DNA from: an uncultured Planctomycetaceae bacterium
GTDB lineage: Bacteria > Planctomycetota > Planctomycetia > Isosphaerales > Isosphaeraceae
Assembly: GCA_963833985.1 (NCBI GenBank)
Contig: CAWIAD010000002.1
Location: forward strand, 4,320,001 to 4,384,000
Length of the DNA stretch: 64,000 nucleotides
Direction: 5' to 3'
Shown here: piece after piece, positions 21,543-31,406 of the stretch
Layout of the letters: each line of letters opens with the position of its first letter
How positions within the stretch are numbered: position 1 is the stretch's first letter
Made by a program: the position numbers and the translations under genes
The notes under the pieces: model-generated
Database searches by the model: none
What the model was told of the DNA's origin: nothing
The model's input: only the letters and a program-made list of their open reading frames with translations

Positions 21543-23683
21543 CGGCCCAGGCCAGGTCCATGGCCGGAGGCCTCCGCTCCGCCCGCCCGGCCCGGCACTT
21601 CCAGCCCGGCTCGTCCGCCTGGCTGCTCGCCGTCTTGGCCGTGCTCGAGCTGGCATGGCTGGGCTGGTTCCTGGTCGTACCACTGCCCAACTTCCCCAGG
21701 GAATCGGGCCCGATGCGACGGGGGTTCTTCCTGCTCAAGGCCTTGCCGGAGGTCGTCCCCGAAACGACCTGGGGCGAATCGCTCGTGGGGCAGGCGATCG
21801 GCGAACTGAGCCATCTGGAGAACCTCCCCGAGCGCGTGCCGATCATCGCCGCAACGACGCTCATTGTCGCCGGGGCGCTCGGCCTCGGCGAGCTGGTGCT
21901 GGGCCTGCTGCGGCTGCGCGACGGCCTGGCCGTCGCCGAGCGCCTGGCCGCCGATTTCGGCGTGGGCGCCTCGGTGCTGGGCGTGCTCGTGCTGCTGGCC
22001 GGTCGCGGGGGGCTGCTCGGCCCCTGGATCTTCCGGATCGGCCTGGGACTGCTGGCACTTGCCGGAGCGGCCGCTTCCGGGTTCTGGAGGCGCAAGTGGA
22101 AAGCGCCATCCCTGGATGCACAAACGCTGCTGCCAGCTCTCCTGGGCGCACCGTTCCTGCTCGTCATGTTCCTGGGCGCCATGCTTCCCGCCATCGATTT
22201 CGACGTGCTGGAATACCACCTCCAGGGGCCGAAGGAGTATTTCCTGGCTCATAGAATTGGATTTCTTGCTCATAACGTCTACACAAGCATGCCATTCGGC
22301 GTGGAGATGCTGCACCTGGCGGGGATGGTCGTCCTGGACGAATGGTGGCGGGGCGCGCTGGTGGGTCAGGTTCTGGTGGCCCTGTACGCGCCGGCGGCCG
22401 CGGTGCTCATCGCCTCGGCCACGGCGCGTCTGGGATCGCGCCGCGCGGGCGGACTGGCGGCGCTGATCTATCTTTCCACGCCCTGGATCTATCGCATGGG
22501 GGTGATCGCATACGTCGAGGGGCCGCTCTGCTTCTACCACGCCGCCTTGCTCTGGCTCGCCATTCCCGGGGGTCCGGCAGACCGCTCTGGGCCCGGGTCG
22601 CGGTGGATGTTGCTCGGGCTGCTTGCCGGCGGGGCGATGGCGTGCAAGTACCCGGCATTGATCTCCGCCGTCCTGCCCGTGGGCCTGCTGGCGATCGCAG
22701 CCGGCTGGAGCCGGCGCAGTCCTCGACCGGTGCTGGCGTACATTCTGGGCTGGTCCATCGTGATGGCTCCCTGGCTGGCGAAGAACGTCATGGACGCGGG
22801 CAATCCGGTCTATCCTCTGGCGTACGAGGTGTTCGGCGGCTCGAACTGGAACGAGGCCCGGCAATTCCAGTGGCAGACGGTGCACGGTCCCCGGCAGGCC
22901 ACGGCCGGTGCGCTCTGGAATAGCCTCGTCGACGTTGCCGGACGATCTGACTGGCAGTCGCCGCTTTATCTGGCCTTCGCCCCGCTGGCGCTGCTTCGCC
23001 CCGGCAGTCGCCGCCTGGTCCTTTGCTTGTGGGGCTACGCTGCGTACCTGTTCTGCACATGGTTCCTGCTCACCCACCGTATCGATCGGTTCTGGCTCCC
23101 CCTGCTCCCTTGCCTGGCCATCCTGGCGGGCCTGGGCGCGGACTGGTCTGACCGCTGGCCCTGGAGAATACTCCGCGCCATGGTCCTGGCCGTCGCCCTC
23201 TGCTGCAACTTCCTCGATTGCAGCACAGCGCTTACGGGTCTCAACGAGTGGACGGGAAACCTGGCCTCGCTCCGCCACGACCTGCCGCGCCGGCTCAACC
23301 CTCCGCTGGCGGCCGTCGACCAGTCGCTGCCCGCCGATGCGAGAATACTCTCCGTCGGCCAGGCGGCCGTGTTCCACGTCGAGCACGACATTCTCTACAA
23401 TACCGTGTTCAACCCCGAACGGATCGAACTCCTGGCCAGAGGCAAGACGCCGCAGGAGTTTCACCACGCACTCAAGGAACGCGGCGTCACGCATATCTAT
23501 GTCGACTGGAAAGAAATCAAGCGGCATCGCGCACCAGGCGGCTACGGCTTCACGGACTTCGTGACCCACGAGCTTTTCGCCGCATGGGTGGACGCTGGGG
23601 TCCTGAACGGGCCGGTGCCCATCGTGATCGATGCTCGGACAGGACGATTCGCAACCGAGCAAGAGCTGTACCCGGTTCGCTGA
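21539..23683 (+). CDS. Multi-pass membrane protein, ArnT/GT-C glycosyltransferase-like
   Basis: Many hydrophobic segments; DFDVLEYHLQGPKEY loop, LLAGGAMACKY, GNPVYP, RFWLPLLP. Confidence 0.6.
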   Translation: MTAQARSMAGGLRSARPARHFQPGSSAWLLAVLAVLELAWLGWFLVVPLPNFPRESGPMRRGFFLLKALPEVVPETTWGESLVGQAIGELSHLENLPERVPIIAATTLIVAGALGLGELVLGLLRLRDGLAVAERLAADFGVGASVLGVLVLLAGRGGLLGPWIFRIGLGLLALAGAAASGFWRRKWKAPSLDAQTLLPALLGAPFLLVMFLGAMLPAIDFDVLEYHLQGPKEYFLAHRIGFLAHNVYTSMPFGVEMLHLAGMVVLDEWWRGALVGQVLVALYAPAAAVLIASATARLGSRRAGGLAALIYLSTPWIYRMGVIAYVEGPLCFYHAALLWLAIPGGPADRSGPGSRWMLLGLLAGGAMACKYPALISAVLPVGLLAIAAGWSRRSPRPVLAYILGWSIVMAPWLAKNVMDAGNPVYPLAYEVFGGSNWNEARQFQWQTVHGPRQATAGALWNSLVDVAGRSDWQSPLYLAFAPLALLRPGSRRLVLCLWGYAAYLFCTWFLLTHRIDRFWLPLLPCLAILAGLGADWSDRWPWRILRAMVLAVALCCNFLDCSTALTGLNEWTGNLASLRHDLPRRLNPPLAAVDQSLPADARILSVGQAAVFHVEHDILYNTVFNPERIELLARGKTPQEFHHALKERGVTHIYVDWKEIKRHRAPGGYGFTDFVTHELFAAWVDAGVLNGPVPIVIDARTGRFATEQELYPVR

Positions 23684-23854
23684 GCACCCCCCTTTGGCAA
23701 GGTTGGGGGCCGCAGCGGAGCGTGCCAGCGGAAAACACGCTTCGCGCTTGCTCATCTCTGGGTTACGATCTGGCCGCCTGGACCCGTCACGACGGCTGGT
23801 CCAGGCCCGCGAGCACACGCGCACGGCCGACGATTCTCTCAGGGAGGTTCACGG

Positions 23855-24658
23855 ATGACGATCTACGACGCGGCGATGGCCATCGTCATGGTGCTGGGGA
23901 TGGTACGGGGCGCCTGGAGAGGATTCACCTGGCAGGTGGCGAGCATTGTCTCGCTCATCATGGGCTACGCGACGGCCCACCGGGTGTCGCCCCAGCTTGC
24001 GCCTCACTTGCCCGGCGAGCCGGAAATGCAGCGCGTGCTGGCAATGGCCCTGCTCTACATCGCCGTCTCGGCCGGCATCTTCGGCGTCGCCTGGATGGTT
24101 CGCGGAACGTTGCGCAAACTCAAGTTCGAGGCCTACGATCGTCACCTGGGCATGCTGCTGGGCGGACTCGAGGGAGTCGGGGTCGGCCTGCTGGCCACGC
24201 TCTTCGTGGTCAGCCTGGCGCCCGCCACGCGAGCGCCAATCTTCACCAGCGGCACGGGCCGGCTGGTCGGGACGGTCATGAACGACCTGGGGCCCGTCCT
24301 CCCCGAGGAGGTCCGCAAGGTGCTTGCCCCGCACTGGGATGGATCGATGGCGCTGTCGAGTCCGCTGAGCCCGGCGGCCGAGACAGCGGCCGCGCTCCCG
24401 CCCGTGCGCGAGGCCGATGAGGACGGCGCCCTCGAGGTGCCCGGGTCCGCGCCGCGCTCGCTGCCGGGGCTCGCGTCCGCGGGCGGCGATGACCGGGCGG
24501 TGCGGCAAGCGGCGGCCGGAGGAACGCTTCCGGCCAGTCCGGGCGACGGCTTGCGTGGGCAGACCCGCAGAGTGGAGCGGGCCGTTCTCCACGAGATCGG
24601 CCAGCAACTGGACCAGCTTCAAACCCCGGCTCCGTCCCGCACGCAGGCCCCAAGATGA
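23855..24658 (+). CDS. CvpA (colicin V production) family membrane protein
   Basis: YDAAMAIVMVLGMVRGAWRGF...DRHLGMLLGGLEG pattern. Confidence 0.8.
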   Translation: MTIYDAAMAIVMVLGMVRGAWRGFTWQVASIVSLIMGYATAHRVSPQLAPHLPGEPEMQRVLAMALLYIAVSAGIFGVAWMVRGTLRKLKFEAYDRHLGMLLGGLEGVGVGLLATLFVVSLAPATRAPIFTSGTGRLVGTVMNDLGPVLPEEVRKVLAPHWDGSMALSSPLSPAAETAAALPPVREADEDGALEVPGSAPRSLPGLASAGGDDRAVRQAAAGGTLPASPGDGLRGQTRRVERAVLHEIGQQLDQLQTPAPSRTQAPR

Positions 24659-24879
24659 GTGCCACTCCCGAGTTGACGCTCGTAGTGGGCGACCGCCCCA
24701 TCAATCTCACCCAGGTGCTCAAGCTCTCGGGATGCGTCGAGAGTGGTGGCGAGGCGAAGCTGCTCATCGGTGCGGGGCACGTACGTGTCAACGGTGATGT
24801 CGACCTCCGCAAGCGCCGTCAAATGGCCGTCGGAGACGTGGTGCAGTTGCCGGACGGCACCACGATCCGGCTCGTCTGA
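24655..24879 (+). CDS. S4-like RNA-binding protein (YbcJ/YaaA family)
   Basis: INLTQVLKLSGCVESGGEAKLLIGAGHVRVNGDVDLRKRRQM. Confidence 0.88.
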   Translation: MSATPELTLVVGDRPINLTQVLKLSGCVESGGEAKLLIGAGHVRVNGDVDLRKRRQMAVGDVVQLPDGTTIRLV

Positions 24880-24896
24880 ATCTCACCCCTCGCAAC

Positions 24897-24912
24897 TGGC
24901 ATGATACTTGCT
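24897..24912 (+). promoter_or_regulatory. Sigma-54 (-24/-12) promoter candidate upstream of egtD
   Basis: TGGCATG-ATAC-TTGCT matches TGGCACG-N4-TTGCW with one mismatch; intergenic. Confidence 0.6.
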
Positions 24913-25071
24913 TGAACGATGGTCTCGCCCGGTCGTGGGGCGCGGACGCTCACTCATGCAAGCGTGGACAGCCTCTTTCCCGGCTGCCTACAATCCACAA
25001 GCGGCAGGGATCGCCTCCTCGACCCCCAATTTGATCGTGCAGCCGAGATCTCATCCTCCGGGAGGTGTCCC

Positions 25072-26148
25072 TTGGCGGTCAATCCGCAACTGACCGGCTC
25101 TTCCAGTACCCTGTCTCGGACTCGCTGGCCGCGCATCATCCGCCTCGCCGAGCCACTGGACGCCCGTGACTCGACGTCGCGTTTTGCCGCGGCCGTGCGG
25201 TCGGGTTTGAGCGGTCAGCCGAAGAGCCTGCCCTGGTCTTATTTTTATGATGCCGAAGGATCGCGTTTGTTCGACGAGATCTGCAAGCTTCCCGAATATT
25301 ATTTGACGCGGACCGAGGATGGGATCCTCCGCAGGCATGCCGACGCGATGGTGGCGCTGCTGGCCTCCAGCCCCGGGCAAGGAACGGAGCCGACCATTGT
25401 CGAGCTGGGCAGCGGGAGTGCGGTGAAGACCCAGCGGCTCCTCTCTGCGGCGCTGCGGCAGCACCACCAGGTTCATTATGTTCCCATCGACGTCTCACCA
25501 CAGGCCCTTGAAGACTCGGCAGAGACTCTCAGCCGCCGGTTTGCAGGCGTTCGCGTGACGGGCTATGTGGGCGACTACCGGCGCGGGCTCGAACGCATCA
25601 TGGCGCGCGCCGAGGGTCCGCGCCTCATCGTCTTTTTGGGGTCAAGCCTGGGTAATTATGATCATGAAGCAGCGCTCGAGCTTCTGCGAATGGTCGGGCG
25701 GACCATGCGGCCGGGAGACGGCTTGCTCATGGGGACCGATCTCGCCAAGGAGCGGGCACTCCTGGAATTCGCCTACAACGATTCGCGTGGGGTGACGGCC
25801 GCGTTCAACATGAACCTGCTGCGGCGGATCAACCGGGAACTCCAGGCCGATTTCGATCTGGAGCACTTTGAACACCTGGCCTACTACGTCGACCATCCCC
25901 AGCGCGGGCACGTGGCGATTCACCTGCGTTCCAGGGTGAATCAGACCGTGCACATCCAGGCCGCGGGCACGAAGGTCGAGCTGGCGGCCGGGGAACTGAT
26001 CCACACCGAGAAATCCCACAAATACACGCTCGACGCGCTGGCCGAGCTGCGCAGGTCCGCCGGGTTCGAGGAGGCCGGAGCGTGGACCGACGAGCGCGGC
26101 TGGTTCCGCGTCCAGCTCTGGTGCCCCGCGGATGGCCCGGGGCTATGA
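25072..26148 (+). CDS. egtD: L-histidine N-alpha-methyltransferase (EgtD/Methyltransf_33 family)
   Basis: KSLPWSYFYDAEGSRLFDEICKLPEYYLTRTE, VELGSGS, FLGSSLGN, AYNDSRGVTAAFNMNLL, IHTEKSHKY; TTG start after GGAGG. Confidence 0.88.
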   Translation: MAVNPQLTGSSSTLSRTRWPRIIRLAEPLDARDSTSRFAAAVRSGLSGQPKSLPWSYFYDAEGSRLFDEICKLPEYYLTRTEDGILRRHADAMVALLASSPGQGTEPTIVELGSGSAVKTQRLLSAALRQHHQVHYVPIDVSPQALEDSAETLSRRFAGVRVTGYVGDYRRGLERIMARAEGPRLIVFLGSSLGNYDHEAALELLRMVGRTMRPGDGLLMGTDLAKERALLEFAYNDSRGVTAAFNMNLLRRINRELQADFDLEHFEHLAYYVDHPQRGHVAIHLRSRVNQTVHIQAAGTKVELAAGELIHTEKSHKYTLDALAELRRSAGFEEAGAWTDERGWFRVQLWCPADGPGL

Positions 26149-26185
26149 AGGGCGGGGCGCAGCACGCGGGTGCCGTGGCGGACCG

Positions 26186-26404
26186 TCACTCCAGCTTGGC
26201 GTCACCGCTTTTCACGCAGTCGAGGTCGGCCAGCGAGACGCAGCCGGCGGGGAGCTCCGCATCGTCGACGAGCATGTTCGGGATGTCGTCCTCGACCGCG
26301 AACCGAGTGCCGCAGCGCGTGCAGATCAGCACGTCGTCTTCCTGACGCAGACGGGCTCTGCCGATCGGGCACACCAGAAGCTCGAGAAAGTCTTCCTTCA
26401 GCAT
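26186..26404 (-). CDS. Trm112-like small protein
   Basis: LELLVCPIGRARL...LICTRCGTRFAVEDDIPNML. Confidence 0.85.
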   Translation of the reverse strand: MLKEDFLELLVCPIGRARLRQEDDVLICTRCGTRFAVEDDIPNMLVDDAELPAGCVSLADLDCVKSGDAKLE

Positions 26405-26735
26405 GGCAACGTCTCCTCCTGCATGGCCTCCGGCCATGAACCGCCGGCCTGGCCGCGGCGTCCTTCCCCGGCGCGAGTCTTCAGGCTACAGAGCCTGCAA
26501 GATCGCTATTATGTAATGAGCGCGCCGCGGAATGAAGCCGAATCCCTCCAGGCAATTGCTGGCGTCCCCCGGACACGGTGGTCCAGGTCCAGGGCCCTCA
26601 AAGCCCTCTGGGCTGGTCCGCGCCGGCATTCCCGGTCATAATCGCGAGACGGGCGATGGCGGTCTGCCGGGAAGCGCTCCACCGCGGAGCGTCCGCCGCG
26701 AATGCCCTGTCCGGGTGGATCTCGAACCAGGACCC

Positions 26736-27779
26736 ATGCCATACGTCGTACGCTACGGCCGGATGAGGTTCCTTGGCGAGCTCACCGATCCGCACGATCG
26801 GATTCATTGCCGGGGGGACCGGGTGGTGATTCGCACCGACCGCGGGACCGAGCTCGGCGAGGTGCTCTGCCCGGCAACGGAGCGCACCGCGCAATACCTG
26901 GAACAAGCCGCGACCGGGGAGATTCTCCGGCAAGCCACCGAGGAAGACCTGGAACACGGGCTCGCGCTCGAGCAAGCCCAGGCAAGGACCTTCGAGGTGG
27001 GCCAGGAGTTGATCGCCAAACGCAGCCTCCAGATGAACCTGGTGGACGTGGAGATGATCCTGGGCCGGGAACGGATCGTCTTTTATTACCTGGCCGAGAA
27101 GCGCGTCGATTTCCGGGAGCTGGTCAAGGACCTGGCGCGTGCCCTGCGCACCCGGATCGAGATGCGGCAGATCGGTGTGCGCGACGAGGCCAAGCTGCTG
27201 GCCGATTACGGGGACTGTGGCAAGCCGGTCTGCTGCAATACCCACCTCACGGCGATGCCGCCGGTCTCCATGAAGATGGCCAAGCTCCAGAAGAGCACGC
27301 TCGACCCGGCCAAGATCTCGGGCCGGTGCGGTCGGCTCAAATGCTGCCTGCGGTACGAGTTTGACACCTATCGCGAGCTGGAACAGCAGCTTCCCGCGAT
27401 CGGCTCCGTGGTGCTCACCTCGAAGGGCCGCGGACGGGTGGTCGCCCAGGAGATCCTGGCACAGAAGCTGGTGGTCGAGTACGACGAGCATCGCCGGATC
27501 ATCATCGGTCCGGCCGAGGTGCTGAGCGTCGAATCCACCCGCGGCCGGCACGCCCATTCGAGCCAGCCCGGCATTTCCCGGGCTGAAGACCCGGCTCTTA
27601 GCAGGAGCGTCTCCGAGCCGGACGAGGAAACCGAGCATGACGATGACCCGTGGACCGGGACCGCCACCGGACCGATGCCCGGCGATGTGCCGCCCACGCC
27701 GCCCTCCGCCAGACCCGGGCCGCGGCGTGGTGATGAGCCCGGCACCGGTCCCCTGCGCGGCGATCGGCGGGGAGGTTGA
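26736..27779 (+). CDS. PSP1 domain / RicT (YaaT) family protein
   Basis: RVDFRELVKDLA, TRIEMRQIGVRDEAK, GDCGKPVCC, KISGRCGRLKCCLRYE. Confidence 0.92.
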   Translation: MPYVVRYGRMRFLGELTDPHDRIHCRGDRVVIRTDRGTELGEVLCPATERTAQYLEQAATGEILRQATEEDLEHGLALEQAQARTFEVGQELIAKRSLQMNLVDVEMILGRERIVFYYLAEKRVDFRELVKDLARALRTRIEMRQIGVRDEAKLLADYGDCGKPVCCNTHLTAMPPVSMKMAKLQKSTLDPAKISGRCGRLKCCLRYEFDTYRELEQQLPAIGSVVLTSKGRGRVVAQEILAQKLVVEYDEHRRIIIGPAEVLSVESTRGRHAHSSQPGISRAEDPALSRSVSEPDEETEHDDDPWTGTATGPMPGDVPPTPPSARPGPRRGDEPGTGPLRGDRRGG

Positions 27780-27786
27780 TGAGCCG

Positions 27787-28239
27787 ATGAATCTGCGCGA
27801 CCAGCTTGCCCGTGTGATCGCCCGCGACCCGCGCTACACGATCGAGTCGTATGCCTTCGTGCTCGAGGCGCTCCGCGAGGCACGCAACCAGAAGCTCAAG
27901 CGGAAGCGAAGGAAGCGCGATCAGGAACGGGCCGTGGGAGGCCGCAAACCCGCGCACGCGGCAGTTCCCGGAGCACCACCCGGCGATCCCTCGGGCCATG
28001 TGACCGGCCGTGAACTCTGCCACGCCGCCAGGCGGCTGGCCGTCGGCTATTACGGCATGCTGGCCATCACGGTCCTGGATCAGTGGGGCATTCGCTCCAC
28101 GTCCGACATCGGCGAGATCGTCTACAACCTGATCGCGTCGGGCGATCTGGACAGGACTCCGAACGATCAGCGGTCCGACTTCGACCACGTCTTCGACTTC
28201 GCCAAGGCGCTGCGGCCGAAGTCCCTGCTCGAGGAATAA
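27787..28239 (+). CDS. Minf_1886-like conserved PVC-superphylum protein
   Basis: DPRYTIESYAFVLEAL...HVTGRELC...WGIRSTSDIGEIVYNLI...DFDHVFDF. Confidence 0.8.
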   Translation: MNLRDQLARVIARDPRYTIESYAFVLEALREARNQKLKRKRRKRDQERAVGGRKPAHAAVPGAPPGDPSGHVTGRELCHAARRLAVGYYGMLAITVLDQWGIRSTSDIGEIVYNLIASGDLDRTPNDQRSDFDHVFDFAKALRPKSLLEE

Positions 28240-28243
28240 GCCG

Positions 28244-28420
28244 ATGGCCTGGAGTCTGGCTCGGAAACGGTTCGTCGCGGCGTTGGGAGTGTTCGTCCTC
28301 TGGGTGGCCGCCCTGTGCATGTTGGCGTGGATCTCGGCGCGGCCGCCGGCCGCCCGCGATGCCCCCGTCGAGGGCCTTTCGCCCGCTCCGGGCACCGCCA
28401 GCCGGGCTGCGGAGCACTAG
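28244..28420 (+). CDS. Small (58 aa) single-pass membrane protein, not in the ORF track
   Basis: MAWSLARKRFVAALGVFVLWVAALCMLAWISARPP...; ATG 4 nt after the previous stop, GAGGA upstream. Confidence 0.55.
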   Translation: MAWSLARKRFVAALGVFVLWVAALCMLAWISARPPAARDAPVEGLSPAPGTASRAAEH

Positions 28421-28450
28421 CCCGACGGCCTCCCGCGCGCGGCGGTCGCA

Positions 28451-30040
28451 TCACCCGAGCGTCAGGTCGAACCGGCTCACCGATGCCGGCGGCAGCACGC
28501 AGTGCAGCTCCGCGCCGCGCAGTTCTGTGACGGTGGACCGCGGCACGACGGTCTCCGGCCGGTCGAAGGTATTGTGAGCGTTCAGCTCGCGATGCGACAG
28601 CACCGTCTGCGCGACGACCCGCGCTGCACCGCCTCGGAGCCGGATCGTCACCTCGGCCTGCTCGCTGGCATGCGTGTGCACCAGAGTAAGCGTGGCGTGC
28701 TGATCGTCGGCCCGCGAGGCGGAGCCGGCAATCCGGAAGAGCCGCGTCGGACGCGGACCGGGGCCGAATTCCAGGTCGGCCGCCTGCACGTCCAGACGCA
28801 CGGCCCGCGCCGCCTGGTGCGGCCGGTACATCTCGAACACGTGGAAGCTGGGTGTGGCCACGAACCGGTCGCCGTCGGCCAGGAACAGCGAATGAAGGTT
28901 GTTCACCAGTTGCGCCACACACGCCATGTCCACCTTGTCGGCGTGCCGGTTGAACGTGTCCAGTGTGAGCGCGGCCACGAGGGCGTCGCGCAATGTGCCC
29001 ATCTGCTCGAACAGGTGCGAGGGGTTGATCTCGGTGCCCGCCGGATGCCAGCTTCCCCATTCGTCGACCACCAGCTTGATGGAGTGCGCCGGATCGAAGA
29101 GACCCAGAACCGCCCACTGGTCGCGGATCAGCTTCTCCATCTGGTCCGCCTTGTGGAGCTGCTCGTACCACTGGTCGGTGCTGAACTTCAAGGCGTGGCC
29201 AGTGGTTCCGCAATAATAATGGGGTGCCCAGCCCTGGATCGGCGCCTTGGTGCCGTCGGCCCACTTGGTGAAGAACCGGCGCGTCCACTCGACATCATTG
29301 CTGTTGGGCCCGGCCGCGATCAGGTAGAGCTTCACGCCGTACTCGGGCAGCCACTCGGTGAACTTGCGGTATTCCCGGCAGTAGTCCTCGGGCGTGAACT
29401 TGCCCCCGCAGCCCCAGCTCTCGTTCCCCACGCCCCAGTAGCGGATGCCCAGCGGAGCGCGCTCGCCGTTCGCCTCACGCTCCGCGGCCAGAGTTGTGGA
29501 GCCCGCGGGCGCATTGCAGTACTCGACCCACTGCTGGTACTCCTCCGGTGAGCCGGTGCCCACATTGGCCGCGAAATAAGGCTCGGCCCCGCAGAGCCGG
29601 CAGAATCGCATGAACTCATGAGTGCCGAACGTGTTCGGCTCGGTCACCTCGCGCCAGCGGCCGAACCGCCTGGGCCGCGAGCCAACCGGTCCGATGCCGT
29701 CGCGCCAGTGGTAACGATCAGCAAAGCAGCCTCCGGGCCATCGAATGGCAATCTTCCCGAGCCGCTTCACATGCTCGACCAGCTTGGTGCGGATGCCGCC
29801 GTTGTTGGCAACCCTGGAATCCGGCCCGACCCAGATGCCGTCGTAGATCACCCCGCCAATATGCTCGGTGAACTGGCTGTAGATCTCCGGTCGGATGGTC
29901 GCGATCGGCTCATCGAGCAGCACCGTGACCGAGAGAGCCGGAGCACTTGCCCGCGCCGCGGTGACCCGACTCAGCGCCGCACCCGAACCTCCCAGCACCG
30001 CCGCTCCCGCCACTCCCTGCAACATCGTCCGACGATTCAT
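28451..30040 (-). CDS. Alpha-L-arabinofuranosidase (GH51) with Tat signal peptide
   Basis: MNRRTMLQG Tat motif; IRWPGGCFAD, FGTHEF, WGVGNESWGCGG, VVDEWG, AQLVNNL. Confidence 0.92.
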   Translation of the reverse strand: MNRRTMLQGVAGAAVLGGSGAALSRVTAARASAPALSVTVLLDEPIATIRPEIYSQFTEHIGGVIYDGIWVGPDSRVANNGGIRTKLVEHVKRLGKIAIRWPGGCFADRYHWRDGIGPVGSRPRRFGRWREVTEPNTFGTHEFMRFCRLCGAEPYFAANVGTGSPEEYQQWVEYCNAPAGSTTLAAEREANGERAPLGIRYWGVGNESWGCGGKFTPEDYCREYRKFTEWLPEYGVKLYLIAAGPNSNDVEWTRRFFTKWADGTKAPIQGWAPHYYCGTTGHALKFSTDQWYEQLHKADQMEKLIRDQWAVLGLFDPAHSIKLVVDEWGSWHPAGTEINPSHLFEQMGTLRDALVAALTLDTFNRHADKVDMACVAQLVNNLHSLFLADGDRFVATPSFHVFEMYRPHQAARAVRLDVQAADLEFGPGPRPTRLFRIAGSASRADDQHATLTLVHTHASEQAEVTIRLRGGAARVVAQTVLSHRELNAHNTFDRPETVVPRSTVTELRGAELHCVLPPASVSRFDLTLG

Positions 30041-30207
30041 GACGCCCCCATCGCTTCTGGTCTGCACCTTCCACAACGACCGTCAGTCTCGCGTTCGACC
30101 CTGCAAACGAATCTAACCGTGGCTGCACTCCGGAGCCAGCCCTCAGAACGGCCTACCGCCCTCTCACGGTGATCGATTTCCGAGCCGGCCCGCGCGGCGC
30201 GAACCTC

Positions 30208-30223
30208 CGGCACGCCAGTTGCT
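30208..30223 (+). promoter_or_regulatory. Sigma-54 promoter candidate
   Basis: CGGCACG-CCAG-TTGCT, about 60 bp upstream of the ATG at 30285. Confidence 0.5.
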
Positions 30224-30284
30224 TGATACATTAGTACAGTATGGCGATCGACTGAATCACAGGGCTCAAGATGGAGGAAGGTTG

Positions 30285-31094
30285 ATGGCGGCACGGCGAC
30301 AGGCAAGGGGGAAAGCGGGGGCGAACGATTCGCGGACCACGAGCGAAACGGCAGGCCGCGCTGGTCACGATCTGATGGAGCGAGGGGACATCTTCTTCTT
30401 TTACAGGCCGGCCGGGGAGAACGCTGCGCCGGGTGGGCTGCTGGAGGTGAATCGATTTCACATCGTGCTTCGACCGGAAGGGAGCGAGACGCTCCGGTAC
30501 ATCACCATTGGCAAGAAGAAGCTACCGGACGAGCAGGACGATCAGCGCAACTGGGGGTTCGTGGACGGCGTGTTCCACACGGCCGGAGCTCTGCGCGAAT
30601 GCTTGCTCAATCCTGACGATGCGGGCGTCCGGAGCGGGGCGGGCGCTGTGCCGGCAGGCGAGGGTGTTTACGAGCTGCTGCGGCAGGGTCGCAACACCGT
30701 TCTGGCGTACGCGCTGGCGCTACCCGACGAGCCGGGCGAGGTGCAGCGGACCTTCAACATCCGGCCGCACGACCGTTTGACCCTGGTCATGAAGAATCCA
30801 GAAGCCGGCTCCCCGGTGGGTGTGGGGCTCAACGAAGATCGCCGGGTGGAGTACCCGGAGGAGCTCCAGGCGCGGTTCGGCGGCCGCAAATGGGTGGGCG
30901 CGGACCCTCCCGAGTTCCTCGATCACGAGGGTGCGGAGCTCGTGCTCATCGCCGAGGACGACAGCGGCGCGGACCTGGGGATCGAGCTGGAAGTTCGCAG
31001 CGACGATCCGGCGTCGGCCAAGCTGTTCAAGGAATTGAAGCTGGAGCGGTCCGATCGTGCCGTCCGGCCGCTCTTCGAGGGCTCGTGGGCGTAG
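30285..31094 (+). CDS. Conserved hypothetical protein
   Basis: GGAGG RBS; globular-looking sequence ERGDIFFFYRP...IGKKKLP...WGFVD...GEGVY...LAYAL...MKNP. Confidence 0.75.
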   Translation: MAARRQARGKAGANDSRTTSETAGRAGHDLMERGDIFFFYRPAGENAAPGGLLEVNRFHIVLRPEGSETLRYITIGKKKLPDEQDDQRNWGFVDGVFHTAGALRECLLNPDDAGVRSGAGAVPAGEGVYELLRQGRNTVLAYALALPDEPGEVQRTFNIRPHDRLTLVMKNPEAGSPVGVGLNEDRRVEYPEELQARFGGRKWVGADPPEFLDHEGAELVLIAEDDSGADLGIELEVRSDDPASAKLFKELKLERSDRAVRPLFEGSWA

Positions 31095-31406
31095 CGCCCG
31101 GGTTGAAGGGTCGCGCGCTGCACAGGAGGTTCTTGACGTCCAGAGGAACGGGATCGCGGAATCGATCACTCGCCGTGGAATTCGGCCGCGAGACGACCGG
31201 TACCAGAGCCCGCGTCGCTGGCTGGCGGCAAGGGCATGATCGTCCATCCACGGTATATGTCAATCCCCACCACTCGATTCATTCGGCGGTTGTCGGATGG
31301 ACCGGAATCTGAGACGATGTCACGGGCGCGGGCCTACTTTTCCGGCGGTCCGCGCCCGATTTGCTGATTGGTTCGACACTGAGCACCAACCTTCGGAACC
31401 CTCATC

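Noticed and set aside
21224..23824. 866-aa minus-strand ORF, and likewise 34009-36012 on the plus strand
   Set aside because: Antisense to the GT-C-like gene and to kaiC/kaiB; no recognisable domains.
23855..24658. CvpA as evidence of a bacteriocin locus
   Set aside because: CvpA is a widespread housekeeping membrane protein; no toxin or immunity genes are nearby.
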